NCBI RefSeq assembly: GCF_947499295.1
Contig: NZ_CANMNP010000021.1
Coordinates: forward strand, 2,092 to 66,091
Length of the DNA: 64,000 bases
Source of the DNA: an uncultured Roseibium sp.
Lineage (GTDB): Bacteria; Pseudomonadota; Alphaproteobacteria; Rhizobiales; Stappiaceae
Direction of reading: 5' to 3'
Shown here: piece by piece, positions 9,220 to 20,095 of the stretch
Layout of the letters: each line of letters opens with the position of its first letter
Position numbering within the stretch: the first letter of the stretch is position 1
The notes under the pieces: model-generated
What the model was told of the DNA's origin: nothing
Seen by the model: the letters and a program-made list of their open reading frames with translations, nothing else
Database searches by the model: none
Position numbers and translations under genes: made by a program

Positions 9220-10794
9220 ATGTCCTCGAAAGTCGTTTCCATGGAAGATGCCGCCGCCCGGATCTCCGATGACGCCGTCGTGACCATTTCCTCCTCCTCC
9301 GGCCTCGGGTGTCCCGACAAGATACTGGAAGCAATTGGTGACCGGTTTGATCAGGAAGGACACCCGAGGAACCTCACGACGCTGCACCCGATTGCCGCCG
9401 GTGACATGTATGGCATCAAGGGCATCGACCACATTGCCAAAGATGGCTTGCTTTCCGCCATCATTGCCGGTTCCTATCCCTCAGGACCGTCTTCTTTGCC
9501 AATGCCGCAGATCTGGCAAATGCTGGTTGAAGACCGGGTCGCGGCTTACAATGTTCCCTCCGGCATCCTGTTTGACATGCACCGTGACGTAGCTGCCCGC
9601 CGCCCCGGCGTGTTTACGAAAATCGGGCTGGACACGTTTGTCGACCCCCGACGCCAGGGCTGCGCCATGAACGATGCGGCAAGCAAAAAGCCAATCGTCT
9701 CGCGCGTGGAACTTGGCGGCGAAACCTGGCTTCATTTTCCTAACATTGTTCCCGATGTCGCAATCATTCGCGCCACCACCGCAGATGAGCGCGGCAATCT
9801 GACCTATGAACACGAAGGGGCATATCTTGGCGGTCTTGAACAGGCGATTGCCGTGCGCAACCATGGCGGCCTGGTTATTGCACAGGTCAAGCGGATTACG
9901 GCCGCCGGGTCCTTGCGCCCGCATGATGTCAGGGTTCCGGGTCATCTGGTGGACTTGATCGTCGTCGACCCGGACCAGCGTCAGACAACTGAAACTGAAT
10001 ATGACCCGGCGATTTCCGGCGAAATCATGCGCCCTTGGTCCAGTTTCTCGCTCGCAGAACATGGCGTTGAAAAGATTGTTGCGCGCCGGGCAGCCATGGA
10101 GCTGAGCTCAGGCCAGACGGCGAATCTCGGTTTCGGCATCTCCGCCATGGTCCCGCGCGTCTTGCTGGAAGCAGGTCAGGAACAGGCAGTCACCTGGGCC
10201 ATCGAGCAAGGCGCGACCGGCGGTATGCCACTGACTGGTTTCGCCTTTGGTTGCGCATCCAATGCTGATGCCTACATGCCCTCGCCTCAGCAATTCACTT
10301 ACTTTCAGGGTGGTGGGTTCGACGTCTCCTTCCTGTCGTTTCTGGAGATCGATCTGGAAGGCAACGTGAATGTTTCCAAGCTCGGAAAGAAACCCTACCT
10401 GACGGCCGGTTGCGGCGGCTTTGTCGACATCACCGCGCATGCCCGAAAGATAGTGTTTTCCGGCCTCTTTGAGGCAGGCGCAGACCTTGACCTGAGCAAT
10501 GATGCACTAACGGTCAAATCCCCCGGCAAATTCACCAAGATGGTTGATGAGGTCGAACACATCACTTTCTCAGGCCGCAGAGCGCGCGAACTGGGGCAGG
10601 AAGTTCTCTATGTCACGGAACGCTGCGTCATCGAATTGAAGAATAACGGTCTGATGGCAACGGAAATCATGCCGGGCATCAATCCAGAACGCGACATTGT
10701 CGATGCTTCGAAGGGCCGCGTTCGTCTTGCCAACAGCCTGAAGGAAATGCCGAAGGCCCTCTTGCGGAGCGAAGCGATGGAGCTGAGCCTTTGA
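9220..10794 (+). CDS. Acyl-CoA:acetate CoA transferase (YdiF/Pct family, fused alpha/beta)
   Basis: DVAIIRATTADERGNL, NLGFGIS, IEQGATGG and GCGGFVDI motifs. Start reassigned to ATG 9220 after GGAGGG. Confidence 0.88.
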   Translation: MSSKVVSMEDAAARISDDAVVTISSSSGLGCPDKILEAIGDRFDQEGHPRNLTTLHPIAAGDMYGIKGIDHIAKDGLLSAIIAGSYPSGPSSLPMPQIWQMLVEDRVAAYNVPSGILFDMHRDVAARRPGVFTKIGLDTFVDPRRQGCAMNDAASKKPIVSRVELGGETWLHFPNIVPDVAIIRATTADERGNLTYEHEGAYLGGLEQAIAVRNHGGLVIAQVKRITAAGSLRPHDVRVPGHLVDLIVVDPDQRQTTETEYDPAISGEIMRPWSSFSLAEHGVEKIVARRAAMELSSGQTANLGFGISAMVPRVLLEAGQEQAVTWAIEQGATGGMPLTGFAFGCASNADAYMPSPQQFTYFQGGGFDVSFLSFLEIDLEGNVNVSKLGKKPYLTAGCGGFVDITAHARKIVFSGLFEAGADLDLSNDALTVKSPGKFTKMVDEVEHITFSGRRARELGQEVLYVTERCVIELKNNGLMATEIMPGINPERDIVDASKGRVRLANSLKEMPKALLRSEAMELSL

Positions 10795-11564
10795 GCGCAC
10801 TGCATCTCATACGCCACAGCCCGGTTGCCGAGCTGAAACTGGACAATCCGGGAAAGCTCAACGCGTTCACGCTGGAGATGTTGCGCGCGGTTGAACCGAT
10901 CTGCGACGACCTGGAGCGCGACCCGGGCATCCTTGCTGTTATCATCACTGCAGCAGACAGCAAAGCCTTCTGCGCCGGTGCCGACATACTGGAATGGTCT
11001 GAGCTTTCTCCCTACGAGTTTGCACGGCACTGGGTGCGTGAAGGTCACCGAGTATTCGATCGGCTGGCGCGATTGTCGAAACCCACAATTGCTGCTGTCG
11101 GCGCACATGCATTTGGCGGTGGACTTGAATTTGCTGCAACCGCAGACATTCGCATCATGGCCCCAGGCGCAACACTCGCCCTTCCCGAGGCTTCGGTCGG
11201 GATTGTCCCGGGCTGGTCGGGAACACAGCGGCTGATCCGCTTGCTCGGCGAGCCGCTGGTCAAGGAGATGGCCCTCTTCGGCCGCCGCATCTCGGCAGCG
11301 CGTGCCCATTCGATTGGGTTTGCAGCAGATATTGCCGAAGATCCGCGCTCTTTTGCCTTCGAGTGTGCTCAGAAACTTTCGGCCAGGTCCCAACATGCAT
11401 CCGAAGTGGCGAAATACATGATCCACGCGGCCGTTGGCGAAGATCGCGGTGCCATGATCGAGACCCTCGGGGCCGGCATGATCAGCCCGACCGACGACCG
11501 CAACGAAGGCGTCGCAGCCTTTCGTGAAAAGCGTAAACCGAACTTTTCCGGAAACCAGTCATGA
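10791..11564 (+). CDS. Enoyl-CoA hydratase/isomerase family
   Basis: AFCAGADI, GGGLEFA and PEASVGIVPG; both catalytic Glu positions are retained. Confidence 0.88.
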   Translation: MSALHLIRHSPVAELKLDNPGKLNAFTLEMLRAVEPICDDLERDPGILAVIITAADSKAFCAGADILEWSELSPYEFARHWVREGHRVFDRLARLSKPTIAAVGAHAFGGGLEFAATADIRIMAPGATLALPEASVGIVPGWSGTQRLIRLLGEPLVKEMALFGRRISAARAHSIGFAADIAEDPRSFAFECAQKLSARSQHASEVAKYMIHAAVGEDRGAMIETLGAGMISPTDDRNEGVAAFREKRKPNFSGNQS

Positions 11565-13081
11565 GCGAATTGAACGTTGTCTCCATTAGTGAAGCACAAA
11601 TCCCAAGCGAAACTTTTGTCGCCCGTCACCTGATCGACGGATCCTGGCAAGCCAGCACTGACGGCGCGACCTTTGAAAGAACTTCGCCGTCACATGGCTG
11701 CGTGGTCACCCTGGCCAGCAAGGGCAGCGCCCGGGATGTGGATGCCGCAATTTCCGCGGCCCGCCTCGCGTTCGACAAAGGCCGCTGGCCGCGAACATCC
11801 GGCAAGGAGCGAGCAACGCTATTGCTCAAGGTGGCTGACCTGATCGACCGGGAGCGCGATCGGATTGCCCTCATGGAAACTCTCGAGTCCGGCAAGCCAA
11901 TCAGCCAGGCAAAAGCCGAGATAGAAGGTGCCGCAGATATCTGGCGGTATGCAGCCTCGCTCGCACGTACGCTCCACGGCGAGAGTTACAATTCGCTTGG
12001 AAACGACTTTCTTGGTCTCGTTCTGAAGGAACCGATTGGTGTCGTTTCAATTATCACACCCTGGAATTTCCCGTTCCTTATTGTCACGCAAAAACTGCCA
12101 TTTGCGCTCGCAGCAGGTTGTACGGCGGTCATCAAGCCTTCCGAAATGACCCCTGCGACAACCGTGATCCTGGGCGAGCTTCTCCATGAAGCGGGATTGC
12201 CTGCCGGTGTTGTTAACATCATCCTTGGTTACGGCGATCCTGTTGGCGCTGCAATGACCGCAGACAAGCGGGTCGATATGGTGACCTTCACCGGTTCGAC
12301 AGCTGTCGGAAAATCCATCGTAAGCGCTGCTTCAGGCACCTTGAAAAAGGTTTCGCTGGAACTTGGCGGCAAGAACCCGCAAGTCATTTTTCCGGACGCG
12401 GACCTCGAAAGCGCAGTCGATGCCGTCGTGTTCGGCGTTTACTTCAATGCCGGCGAATGCTGCAACTCCGGATCCCGGATCATCGTGCACGAGGATATTG
12501 CCGAGGATTTTACGAAGCGAACGGTCGCGCTGTCGCGGCAAGTGCCCTTCGGCGACCCATTGGACCCATCGACCAAAGTCGGCGCGATCATCACACCCGA
12601 GCATCAAAACAAGATCGACAGATATGTTCGGGAAGCCGCCCGATCGGGAGCTACAGTTGAACTTGGTGGGGAGGCTTTGGCCGTTCCCGGCCTGAAGGGT
12701 CAGTTCTATCAGCCAACGGTGGTCTCCAATGTGAGGAGCAACATGCCGATTGCGCGCGAGGAAGTCTTTGGGCCCGTGTTGTCCGTTCTGACTTTCAAGA
12801 CGCTTGATGAAGCCATTGAGCTGGTCAACGACGCCGACTATGGACTTTCGGCCGGCGTTTGGAGTGACAACGTTCACACCTGCCTTGAATTCGCACGCCG
12901 TGCTCAGGCTGGAACTGTCTGGACCAACACCTGGATGGATGGATTTTCCGAACTTCCCTTCGGCGGTGTCAAGGAGAGCGGTCAGGGACGGGAGCTTGGC
13001 AAACACGGCCTTGAGGAATTTCTTGAAGCCAAAACCGTGACCATGCGGATCGGCCGCTCACGCGCGCCCTGGGTCTCCTGA
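11561..13081 (+). CDS. NAD(P)-dependent aldehyde dehydrogenase (sorbosone dehydrogenase-like)
   Basis: ITPWNFP, FTGST, LELGGKNP, AGECCNSG and EEVFGPV motifs. Confidence 0.92.
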   Translation: MSELNVVSISEAQIPSETFVARHLIDGSWQASTDGATFERTSPSHGCVVTLASKGSARDVDAAISAARLAFDKGRWPRTSGKERATLLLKVADLIDRERDRIALMETLESGKPISQAKAEIEGAADIWRYAASLARTLHGESYNSLGNDFLGLVLKEPIGVVSIITPWNFPFLIVTQKLPFALAAGCTAVIKPSEMTPATTVILGELLHEAGLPAGVVNIILGYGDPVGAAMTADKRVDMVTFTGSTAVGKSIVSAASGTLKKVSLELGGKNPQVIFPDADLESAVDAVVFGVYFNAGECCNSGSRIIVHEDIAEDFTKRTVALSRQVPFGDPLDPSTKVGAIITPEHQNKIDRYVREAARSGATVELGGEALAVPGLKGQFYQPTVVSNVRSNMPIAREEVFGPVLSVLTFKTLDEAIELVNDADYGLSAGVWSDNVHTCLEFARRAQAGTVWTNTWMDGFSELPFGGVKESGQGRELGKHGLEEFLEAKTVTMRIGRSRAPWVS

Positions 13082-13089
13082 TGAGACAC

Positions 13090-14139
13090 TTAGCCGGAAA
13101 TGGAAAACGGCCCATTGGGCTTGAGGAGAACCTGCATCTCCTCCATTGGCCTGCCGTCTATCCTTGCGAGCAGAACCTCAGCCATGGCGCGGCCCGTGGC
13201 GCGAAGGTCTTCGTCCACTGTCTCAATGCGCGGACGAAAATGATTGGAAATCGGAGAGGCGCGTTTGGCGACAAGATCGACTTCCTTTCCAGGGGTCAGC
13301 CCCATGTCATTCAGACCGGCAAGCGTGATCAAGGCCATCACTTCACCAACGCACACATATCCATCCGGCGCATCCGGTCCGGCGTGAAGCGCACGAAGTG
13401 TCGCGGCAATCTCGTCAGGTTCGCTGTCAAGATCTACACCTTCGGGGATCGTGAGCTGTGCACCACAGGAAATAGCCGCCTGCCGGGCCCCAAAGCGCAA
13501 GTGCTGCCCAAACGTGTACCGCTCATTCGGCATGACGATGCAAATATGCTGACGCCCTTTTTGAACAAGGCGCTCGATTGCCTGGCGCACGAAGGCCTCA
13601 TTGTCGAAGTCGACAAAGGGATGCGGCGTGGTGAAATCCGTCCGGCCGTGGCTGACAAACGGAAAGCCGTGCTCAAGCAGATATCGCACACGGTCATCGA
13701 AGCATTCTGTACGCGTGAACACGATGGCATCCGCAAGCGAATGGCGCCGTATCTGGCGGATTACATCCAGCCGGTCGCCGCCAAGGCTGTCGGCCGTGAT
13801 GTTGATTGCGTATCCGGTTCCCTGCAGTCCCTCACTCATACCGGCGAGAAACTCGGACGTGAAACTGAGATACTCGTGCCGGGTGTTGAGCAAAAGGCTA
13901 ATGACTTTTGTGCGGCCGGTGCGCAGCCGCTGCGCCGCACGGTTGGGAACGTAGCCTTGTCTGTTGGCAACTTCCGTAACCCGCTTGCGGGTGGCTTCCG
14001 CGATCCTGGGATCGTCGGCAAGTGCGCGCGAAACAGTGGTAACCGCAAGACCTGCCTCCGCCGCAACTGTGCGCAGGGTCGGTCGCGGCAAAACGTCAGC
14101 GGCATTTTCTTCTTTGGAAACCAAATTCTTTCGCGGCAT
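13090..14139 (-). CDS. LacI-family transcriptional regulator
   Basis: TLRTVAAEAGLAVTTVSRAL HTH, YVPNRAAQRL hinge and a sugar-binding domain. Confidence 0.9.
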   Translation of the reverse strand: MPRKNLVSKEENAADVLPRPTLRTVAAEAGLAVTTVSRALADDPRIAEATRKRVTEVANRQGYVPNRAAQRLRTGRTKVISLLLNTRHEYLSFTSEFLAGMSEGLQGTGYAINITADSLGGDRLDVIRQIRRHSLADAIVFTRTECFDDRVRYLLEHGFPFVSHGRTDFTTPHPFVDFDNEAFVRQAIERLVQKGRQHICIVMPNERYTFGQHLRFGARQAAISCGAQLTIPEGVDLDSEPDEIAATLRALHAGPDAPDGYVCVGEVMALITLAGLNDMGLTPGKEVDLVAKRASPISNHFRPRIETVDEDLRATGRAMAEVLLARIDGRPMEEMQVLLKPNGPFSISG

Positions 14140-14200
14140 GCCCGTTCAACTCACCCCAAGCCTTGTAGCGCAGAAACCAAAACAAGTCTAATCAGCTCAT

Positions 14201-14214
14201 TTATAACGTTACAA
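14201..14214. promoter_or_regulatory. LacI-type operator TTATAACGTTACAA
   Basis: Near-palindrome with an AACGTT core, upstream of the divergent LacI gene. Confidence 0.6.
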
Positions 14215-14308
14215 CAAAAATTTTTAACCCAGATCAGAATTTCGAAAAATCTTATAATAGTATGTAAAAAAAGAGCAAAACTAATTCCGAAACAAAATCG
14301 AAAAGCCA

Positions 14309-14339
14309 TTGACACAGATCATGTTTGCAACGTTACAAT
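14309..14339 (+). promoter_or_regulatory. sigma70-like promoter with LacI-type operator TTGCAACGTTACAA
   Basis: TTGACA at 14309-14314 and TACAAT at 14334-14339. The operator at 14325-14338 overlaps the -10. Confidence 0.6.
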
Positions 14340-14414
14340 AGACGTTGCGTAATCATCGGACTGACGGACACCCGCAATCCGAAACGCCTACTGGCACGCA
14401 AAGGGAGGAATACC

Positions 14415-15659
14415 ATGCGTAAATTGACCATGATGACAGCGGCTGCCGCCCTGATGGCAGCAAGCACCAGCGTTCAGGCGGAAGATGTTGAAGTTCTGCA
14501 CTGGTGGACATCCGGCGGCGAAGCAGCTGCTCTCAATGTTCTGAAAGAAGACTTGCAAGGCCAGGGCATTGGCTGGCAGGACATGCCGGTTGCCGGCGGC
14601 GGCGGAACCCAGGCCATGACCGTGCTTCGTGCCCGTGTTACCTCTGGCAACCCGCCTACTGCGGTTCAGATGCTCGGTTTTGATATCCTTGACTGGGCAG
14701 GCGAAGGCGCATTGGCCGACCTCAACATTCAGGCAGGCCTGGAAGGTTGGGACGATGTCGTGCCCGAGGCACTTCAGCAATTTGCCAAGCACGACGGCAA
14801 ATGGGTGTCTGCACCGGTCAACGTGCACTCCACCAACTGGGTATGGGCCAACAAGGCAATACTGGATGAACTGGGCATTGCCGTTCCGACGACCTGGGAT
14901 GAGTTTGTTGCCGCGCTTGAAAAAGTGAAGGCATCCGGCAAAACTCCGATTGCTCATGGCGGCCAAGCCTGGCAGGACGCAACTGTGTTTGATGCAGTCG
15001 CCATGTCAACCGGCGGTCCGGAGTTCTACAAGAAAGCCTTTATTGATCTCGACGAGGAAACCCTCGGTTCGGACACGATGAAGGAAGCCTTCGACCGGAT
15101 GGCTGTGATCCGTTCACACGTGGACGACAACTTTTCCGGCCGCGACTGGAACCTGGCTACAGCCATGGTGATCAACGGCGATGCCGCTTTCCAGATGATG
15201 GGCGACTGGGCAAAGGGTGAATTCCTGAACGCCGACAAGAAGCCGGACACGGACTTCCTGTGTTTCCGTTTCCCGGGCACTCAGGACCAGGTCACATTCA
15301 ATGCCGATCAGTTCGCAATGTTTGCGCAGGGCAAGGAAGTCGGCAAGGAGCAGGCTGCACTTGCAACTGCAATCCTGTCCCCGAGCTTTCAGTCAGCCTT
15401 CAATGTGGTCAAAGGGTCTGTTCCGGCACGCACGGATGTCTCCGACGATGCTTTTGATGCCTGCGGCAAGAAAGGCATGGCGGATCTGAAGGCAGCTGCT
15501 GACAGCGGCAACCTTTATGGCTCGATGGCCCATGGCCATGCGAACCCGGCAGCGGTGAAGAACGCCATGTACGATGTCATCACGGCACACTTCAACGGCG
15601 AATACGACAGCGCCACCGCCGTTGAGGAACTCGTGACCGCAGTACAAATCAACAAGTAA
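14415..15659 (+). CDS. Carbohydrate ABC transporter substrate-binding protein (CUT1)
   Basis: Sec signal ([22 protein letters not shown]), [16 protein letters not shown] and [19 protein letters not shown] before ATG 14415. Confidence 0.92.
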   Translation: MRKLTMMTAAAALMAASTSVQAEDVEVLHWWTSGGEAAALNVLKEDLQGQGIGWQDMPVAGGGGTQAMTVLRARVTSGNPPTAVQMLGFDILDWAGEGALADLNIQAGLEGWDDVVPEALQQFAKHDGKWVSAPVNVHSTNWVWANKAILDELGIAVPTTWDEFVAALEKVKASGKTPIAHGGQAWQDATVFDAVAMSTGGPEFYKKAFIDLDEETLGSDTMKEAFDRMAVIRSHVDDNFSGRDWNLATAMVINGDAAFQMMGDWAKGEFLNADKKPDTDFLCFRFPGTQDQVTFNADQFAMFAQGKEVGKEQAALATAILSPSFQSAFNVVKGSVPARTDVSDDAFDACGKKGMADLKAAADSGNLYGSMAHGHANPAAVKNAMYDVITAHFNGEYDSATAVEELVTAVQINK

Positions 15660-15668
15660 TCTGCCCTT

Positions 15669-15694
15669 GAGAGCGGTGATACGTCACCGCTCTC
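15669..15694 (+). other. 11-bp perfect stem-loop with a UACG tetraloop after the SBP gene
   Basis: GAGAGCGGTGA-TACG-TCACCGCTCTC. No U-tract, so it more likely stabilises or processes the mRNA than terminates it. Confidence 0.6.
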
Positions 15695-15715
15695 GCATGG
15701 GACCGGGGACCGACA

Positions 15716-16621
15716 ATGTCTATTTCTGAAACGGCGAACCCAAGGGGTTCCGTTGTTGACAGACTGCGTGATGCGCTGCCCAAACTCGTCCTGAGTCCGA
15801 CTGTCGCAATCGTTGCGATCTTCGTCTACGGGTTCATCTTCTTCACGCTATATCTGTCCTTCACCGACAGCCGTATTCTGCCCTCCTTCGGCTGGGTTGG
15901 CTGGAAAAACTTTGAAAACCTGTTCCGGATCCGGGCCTGGGATACAGCTGTCTGGAACCTTGTCATTTTCGGTTCGCTCTACATTGTCGTCTGTTGCGTG
16001 CTCGGCCTTCTGCTTGCCATCCTGCTCGATCAGCGGATCCGCGCCGAAGGGTTCATTCGGACCATTTATCTTTATCCGATGGCGCTCAGCTTCATTGTGA
16101 CAGGTGTTGCCTGGAAGTGGTTTCTCGACCCTGGTATCGGCATCGAGGCCGTGGTTCAGGGCTGGGGCTGGACCAGTTTTGAATTCAACTGGATCAAGGA
16201 CCGTGAAATGGCGATCTACACGATCGTGATTGCTGCGGTCTGGCAGACATCCGGTTTTGTCATGGCGATGTTTCTTGCAGGTCTGCGCGGAATCGACAGT
16301 GAAATGATGAAGGCTGCCCAGATTGATGGCGCCTCGACATTTGCGCTCTACCGCCGGATCGTCATCCCGCAGCTGCGGCCCGCTTTCATGTCGGCCTTTG
16401 TCGTCCTCGCCCACATGGCGATCAAGTCCTACGACCTCGTTATCGCACTGACCGGCGGCGGCCCCGGCACGGCAACCGAATTGCCGGCAACCTTTATGTA
16501 TTCCTACACCTTCACACGAAACCAGATGGGCATAGGCGCAGCCTCCGCGGTCATCATGCTGATGACGATTGCCGCGATCATCGTGCCATATCTCTGGTCG
16601 GAACTGCGGGAGAAGAAGTGA
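15716..16621 (+). CDS. Carbohydrate ABC permease
   Basis: Multiple TM helices and the EAA-like loop LRGIDSEMMKAAQIDGA. Confidence 0.92.
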   Translation: MSISETANPRGSVVDRLRDALPKLVLSPTVAIVAIFVYGFIFFTLYLSFTDSRILPSFGWVGWKNFENLFRIRAWDTAVWNLVIFGSLYIVVCCVLGLLLAILLDQRIRAEGFIRTIYLYPMALSFIVTGVAWKWFLDPGIGIEAVVQGWGWTSFEFNWIKDREMAIYTIVIAAVWQTSGFVMAMFLAGLRGIDSEMMKAAQIDGASTFALYRRIVIPQLRPAFMSAFVVLAHMAIKSYDLVIALTGGGPGTATELPATFMYSYTFTRNQMGIGAASAVIMLMTIAAIIVPYLWSELREKK

Positions 16622-17493
16622 TGTCGACCGCAGCAAAATCCTCTTCGTTCAGCGCGGGCCGTATCATTCTGTACATCCTGCTCTTGCTGTTCTGCATCTA
16701 CTACCTCCTGCCGCTCTATGTGATGGTGGTAAATTCGCTCAAGCCGCTGTCGGAGATTACCGCAGGCGGCATGATGGCGTTGCCGCGGGATTGGACCGCG
16801 GCACCCTGGTTCAGCGCCTGGTCGACCGCGCAGGTTGGAGTTGAGGCAACGGGCCTGCGTCCATACTTCCTCAACTCCATCATCATGGTCGTTCCGGCCG
16901 TTGCCCTGTCGACCCTCGTGGGTGCCTTGAACGGCTACGTTTTGACCAAATGGGCCTTCAAGGGCTCCACGATCCTTTTCGGCCTGCTTCTCTTCGGCTG
17001 CTTCATCCCGTTCCAGATGGTTCTGATCCCGATGGCGCGCATGCTTGGGCTGATGGGACTGGCCGGCTCGGTGCCCGGACTGATCTTCGTTCACTTTGTC
17101 TACGGCATCGGGTTCTCGACGCTCTATTTCCGCAACTATTATGCAGCATTCCCCACGGAACTTGTCCGTGCCGCGCAAATCGATGGCGCCGGTTTCTTCC
17201 GCATCTTCTGGCGCATTTTGTTGCCCTCATCCGGTCCGATCGCGGTTGTCTGCATCATCTGGCAGTTCACCAACATCTGGAACGACTTCCTGTTCGGAGC
17301 GTCTTTCTCCGACTTTGACAGCCAACCGATGACCGTTGCCCTGAACAACCTGGTGCAGTCTTCAACCGGGGTGAAGGAATACAACGTCCATTTTGCAGGC
17401 GCGATCATGGCCGCGCTGCCAACACTCCTCGTCTACATCGTGGCGGGACGCTACTTCGTCCGCGGTCTGATGGCTGGCTCAGTAAAAGGATAA
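16621..17493 (+). CDS. Carbohydrate ABC permease
   Basis: FPTELVRAAQIDGA and WQFTNIWNDFL motifs. Confidence 0.92.
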   Translation: MSTAAKSSSFSAGRIILYILLLLFCIYYLLPLYVMVVNSLKPLSEITAGGMMALPRDWTAAPWFSAWSTAQVGVEATGLRPYFLNSIIMVVPAVALSTLVGALNGYVLTKWAFKGSTILFGLLLFGCFIPFQMVLIPMARMLGLMGLAGSVPGLIFVHFVYGIGFSTLYFRNYYAAFPTELVRAAQIDGAGFFRIFWRILLPSSGPIAVVCIIWQFTNIWNDFLFGASFSDFDSQPMTVALNNLVQSSTGVKEYNVHFAGAIMAALPTLLVYIVAGRYFVRGLMAGSVKG

Positions 17494-17497
17494 AACA

Positions 17498-18607
17498 ATG
17501 GGCTTTCTCGACATCAAACAAGCGACCAAGTCCTATGGTGCCCTCCAGGTTCTTCAGGAAACCGACATTTCGGTGGAAGAAGGTGAGTTCCTCGTGCTCG
17601 TCGGGCCTTCAGGTTGCGGCAAGTCTACCCTGCTCAACATGATTGCCGGGCTTGAGGACATCACATCGGGCGAAATTGCCATTCGCGGCAAAAGCATGAA
17701 CGGCGTCAAACCCGCAGACCGCAACATCGCGATGGTGTTTCAGTCCTATGCGCTCTACCCGAACATGACAGTACGCGGAAACATCTCCTTTGGCATGGAA
17801 ATGCACGGCATCCAGAAACAGGAACGGGAAAAGCGTATCGACCAGGTTTCCGATCTTCTGCAGATCAGTCATCTGCTTGACCGCAAACCAGGCCAGCTCT
17901 CTGGCGGCCAACGGCAACGTGTTGCCATGGGGCGGGCACTTGTGCGCGAGCCGGATGTATTCCTGTTCGACGAACCGCTCTCCAATCTTGATGCCAAGCT
18001 GCGTGTCGACATGCGCACCGAAATCAAGAAGCTTCACCAAAAGCTTGGAACGACCATTGTTTACGTGACACACGATCAGATCGAGGCGCTGACCCTTTCG
18101 ACCCGAATTGCAGTCATGTTCGGCGGCTATGTACAGCAGCTCGGCACACCGAAGGAAATATACGACAATCCGGCAAACATGTTTGTTGCCGGTTTCATGG
18201 GGTCTCCATCCATGAATCTGTTTCCGGCCAAAGTTGTTTCCGGCGACGGCAAACCTGCTGCTGAAATCAAGCTTGCCGACGGCAAGACTGCGGCAGTGCC
18301 ATTTGCCAAGGACGCACTGGCCTCCAGCATCGGACGCGACATAATCCTTGGCATCCGGCCGGAAGCGATTACCGACAAGGATGGCGCGGACCGCAACTCA
18401 CAAGCTGTGCACATTGTAGAGGCCCCTGTCGAGGTTACGGAACCGGCAGGGTCCGACACCTTTGTCGTCAGCCAGATTGGCGGCAAGGACGTGACCGGAC
18501 GCTTCCGAGCAGATGTTGCGGTGAATGCGGGCGATGTCTTCCCGTTCGCCTTTAACATGGAAAAGGCCGTCGCCTTTGATCCGAAGACAGAAAACCGGAT
18601 CGCCTGA
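17498..18607 (+). CDS. Carbohydrate ABC ATPase (MalK-like)
   Basis: GPSGCGKST, LSGGQRQRV, FLFDEPLSNLD and a TOBE tail. Confidence 0.95.
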   Translation: MGFLDIKQATKSYGALQVLQETDISVEEGEFLVLVGPSGCGKSTLLNMIAGLEDITSGEIAIRGKSMNGVKPADRNIAMVFQSYALYPNMTVRGNISFGMEMHGIQKQEREKRIDQVSDLLQISHLLDRKPGQLSGGQRQRVAMGRALVREPDVFLFDEPLSNLDAKLRVDMRTEIKKLHQKLGTTIVYVTHDQIEALTLSTRIAVMFGGYVQQLGTPKEIYDNPANMFVAGFMGSPSMNLFPAKVVSGDGKPAAEIKLADGKTAAVPFAKDALASSIGRDIILGIRPEAITDKDGADRNSQAVHIVEAPVEVTEPAGSDTFVVSQIGGKDVTGRFRADVAVNAGDVFPFAFNMEKAVAFDPKTENRIA

Positions 18608-18610
18608 CAT

Positions 18611-20095
18611 ATGAAAACCGCACCGGACATCGTCATCATTGGCAGCGGCATGGGCGGCGCGACCCTTGCTGCAGGTCTGGCGCCGTCCGGTGCACGCATA
18701 ACGATTCTGGAACGCGGGCATCACATACCCGACGATGCGCCAACGCGGGATCCTTGGCGCATTTATACCAACAGTGCATTCCGGTCCGATGAGACCTGGC
18801 TGGACGCCGAAAACAGGCCTTTTGAACCAGGCAACTATTACAATGTTGGTGGGAATTCCAAACTTTACGGCGCCGTTCTGCTCCGCTACCGGCAGGAAGA
18901 TTTCGGCGAACTGGAGCATTTTGACGGCGTATCTCCAGCCTGGCCGTTTGGTTATGAGGAGCTGGCACCCTGGTACGATGCCGCCGAAGCGCTCTACAAT
19001 GTGCGCGGCGACAGCAGCTCAGACGGCACGGAACCTCCGCATGCATCCGATTATCCTTTCCCACCTGTCCCTGATGAACCCGCGATCAAAATAGCGCGTC
19101 AGCGGCTTGAGAATGCAGACACCAAACCATTCAGTCTGCCGCTTGGCATCGACATCGACCGTTGGCTCCAAGCCGGTGAAACCGGCTGGGACGGCTATCC
19201 GGATGTTAGATGCGGCAAGATGGATGCCGAGACCTGTGCACTCGCGGAAGCCCTTTCCCATGACAATGTTGACCTGATCACGGGCGCCGAAGTCACCCGG
19301 CTTGAAATGGAGCCGGGTTCACGGCGCATCACCTCTGTAACCTACAGCAAGGACGGAACGGACAGGTCGTTGAAACCGGCATATGTCGTCTTATGTTCAG
19401 GCGCAGTTCAATCCGCGGCCACGCTGCTCCGGTCAGGTGTTGCCAACAGCTCCGGTTACGTTGGCCGCTGTTTCATGAATCACAACGCAACAGCTGTCAT
19501 CGCCGTCGATCCGAGATTTCGAAACGATGCTGTCTACCAAAAAACCTTCGGTATCAACGACTGGTATCTGTCCGACGGGTCGGAGGGGAAACCGCTTGGC
19601 AATGTGCAACTTCTCGGACGGGTCACGCCCGATATCTTGAAAATTCAGGTACCTTATTTGCCGATGTTCGCCGCCCGCTGGGTGTCACACCACGCATTGG
19701 ACCTTTATCTGATCTCAGAAGACCTGCCGGATCCTGAAAGCCGGGTGGTTCTGAAGGATGGCAAGATCCAACTGCGCTGGCGGCGGTCGAACATGACCGC
19801 GCACACCAAACTCGTCGCCAAGACAAAGAATACTCTTCGAAAGGCAGGCTTTCCGATTATTCTGACGCGCCTCTTCGACGGACGTGTGCCGTCGCACCAA
19901 TGCGGCACGGTTCGATTGGGAAGCGATCCGGAAACATCCGTTGTTGATCCTGATTGCCGTTCCTGGGACCACCCGAACCTTTTTGTAGCAGACGCAGCAG
20001 CACTGCCGACGTCAGCTGCCGTCAATCCGGCACTGACGGTCGCAGCCCTTGCCCTTCGCACCGCCAAAAGAATTGAAAAGGATATGGCGGCATGA
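18611..20095 (+). CDS. GMC-family FAD oxidoreductase
   Basis: GSGMGG, NVGGNSKLYGA and HQCGTVRLG...HPNLFVADA motifs. No signal peptide. Confidence 0.88.
   Translation: MKTAPDIVIIGSGMGGATLAAGLAPSGARITILERGHHIPDDAPTRDPWRIYTNSAFRSDETWLDAENRPFEPGNYYNVGGNSKLYGAVLLRYRQEDFGELEHFDGVSPAWPFGYEELAPWYDAAEALYNVRGDSSSDGTEPPHASDYPFPPVPDEPAIKIARQRLENADTKPFSLPLGIDIDRWLQAGETGWDGYPDVRCGKMDAETCALAEALSHDNVDLITGAEVTRLEMEPGSRRITSVTYSKDGTDRSLKPAYVVLCSGAVQSAATLLRSGVANSSGYVGRCFMNHNATAVIAVDPRFRNDAVYQKTFGINDWYLSDGSEGKPLGNVQLLGRVTPDILKIQVPYLPMFAARWVSHHALDLYLISEDLPDPESRVVLKDGKIQLRWRRSNMTAHTKLVAKTKNTLRKAGFPIILTRLFDGRVPSHQCGTVRLGSDPETSVVDPDCRSWDHPNLFVADAAALPTSAAVNPALTVAALALRTAKRIEKDMAA

Noticed and set aside
13081-14352. 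423-aa + strand ORF
   Set aside because: Antisense shadow of the LacI gene, with no recognisable motifs.
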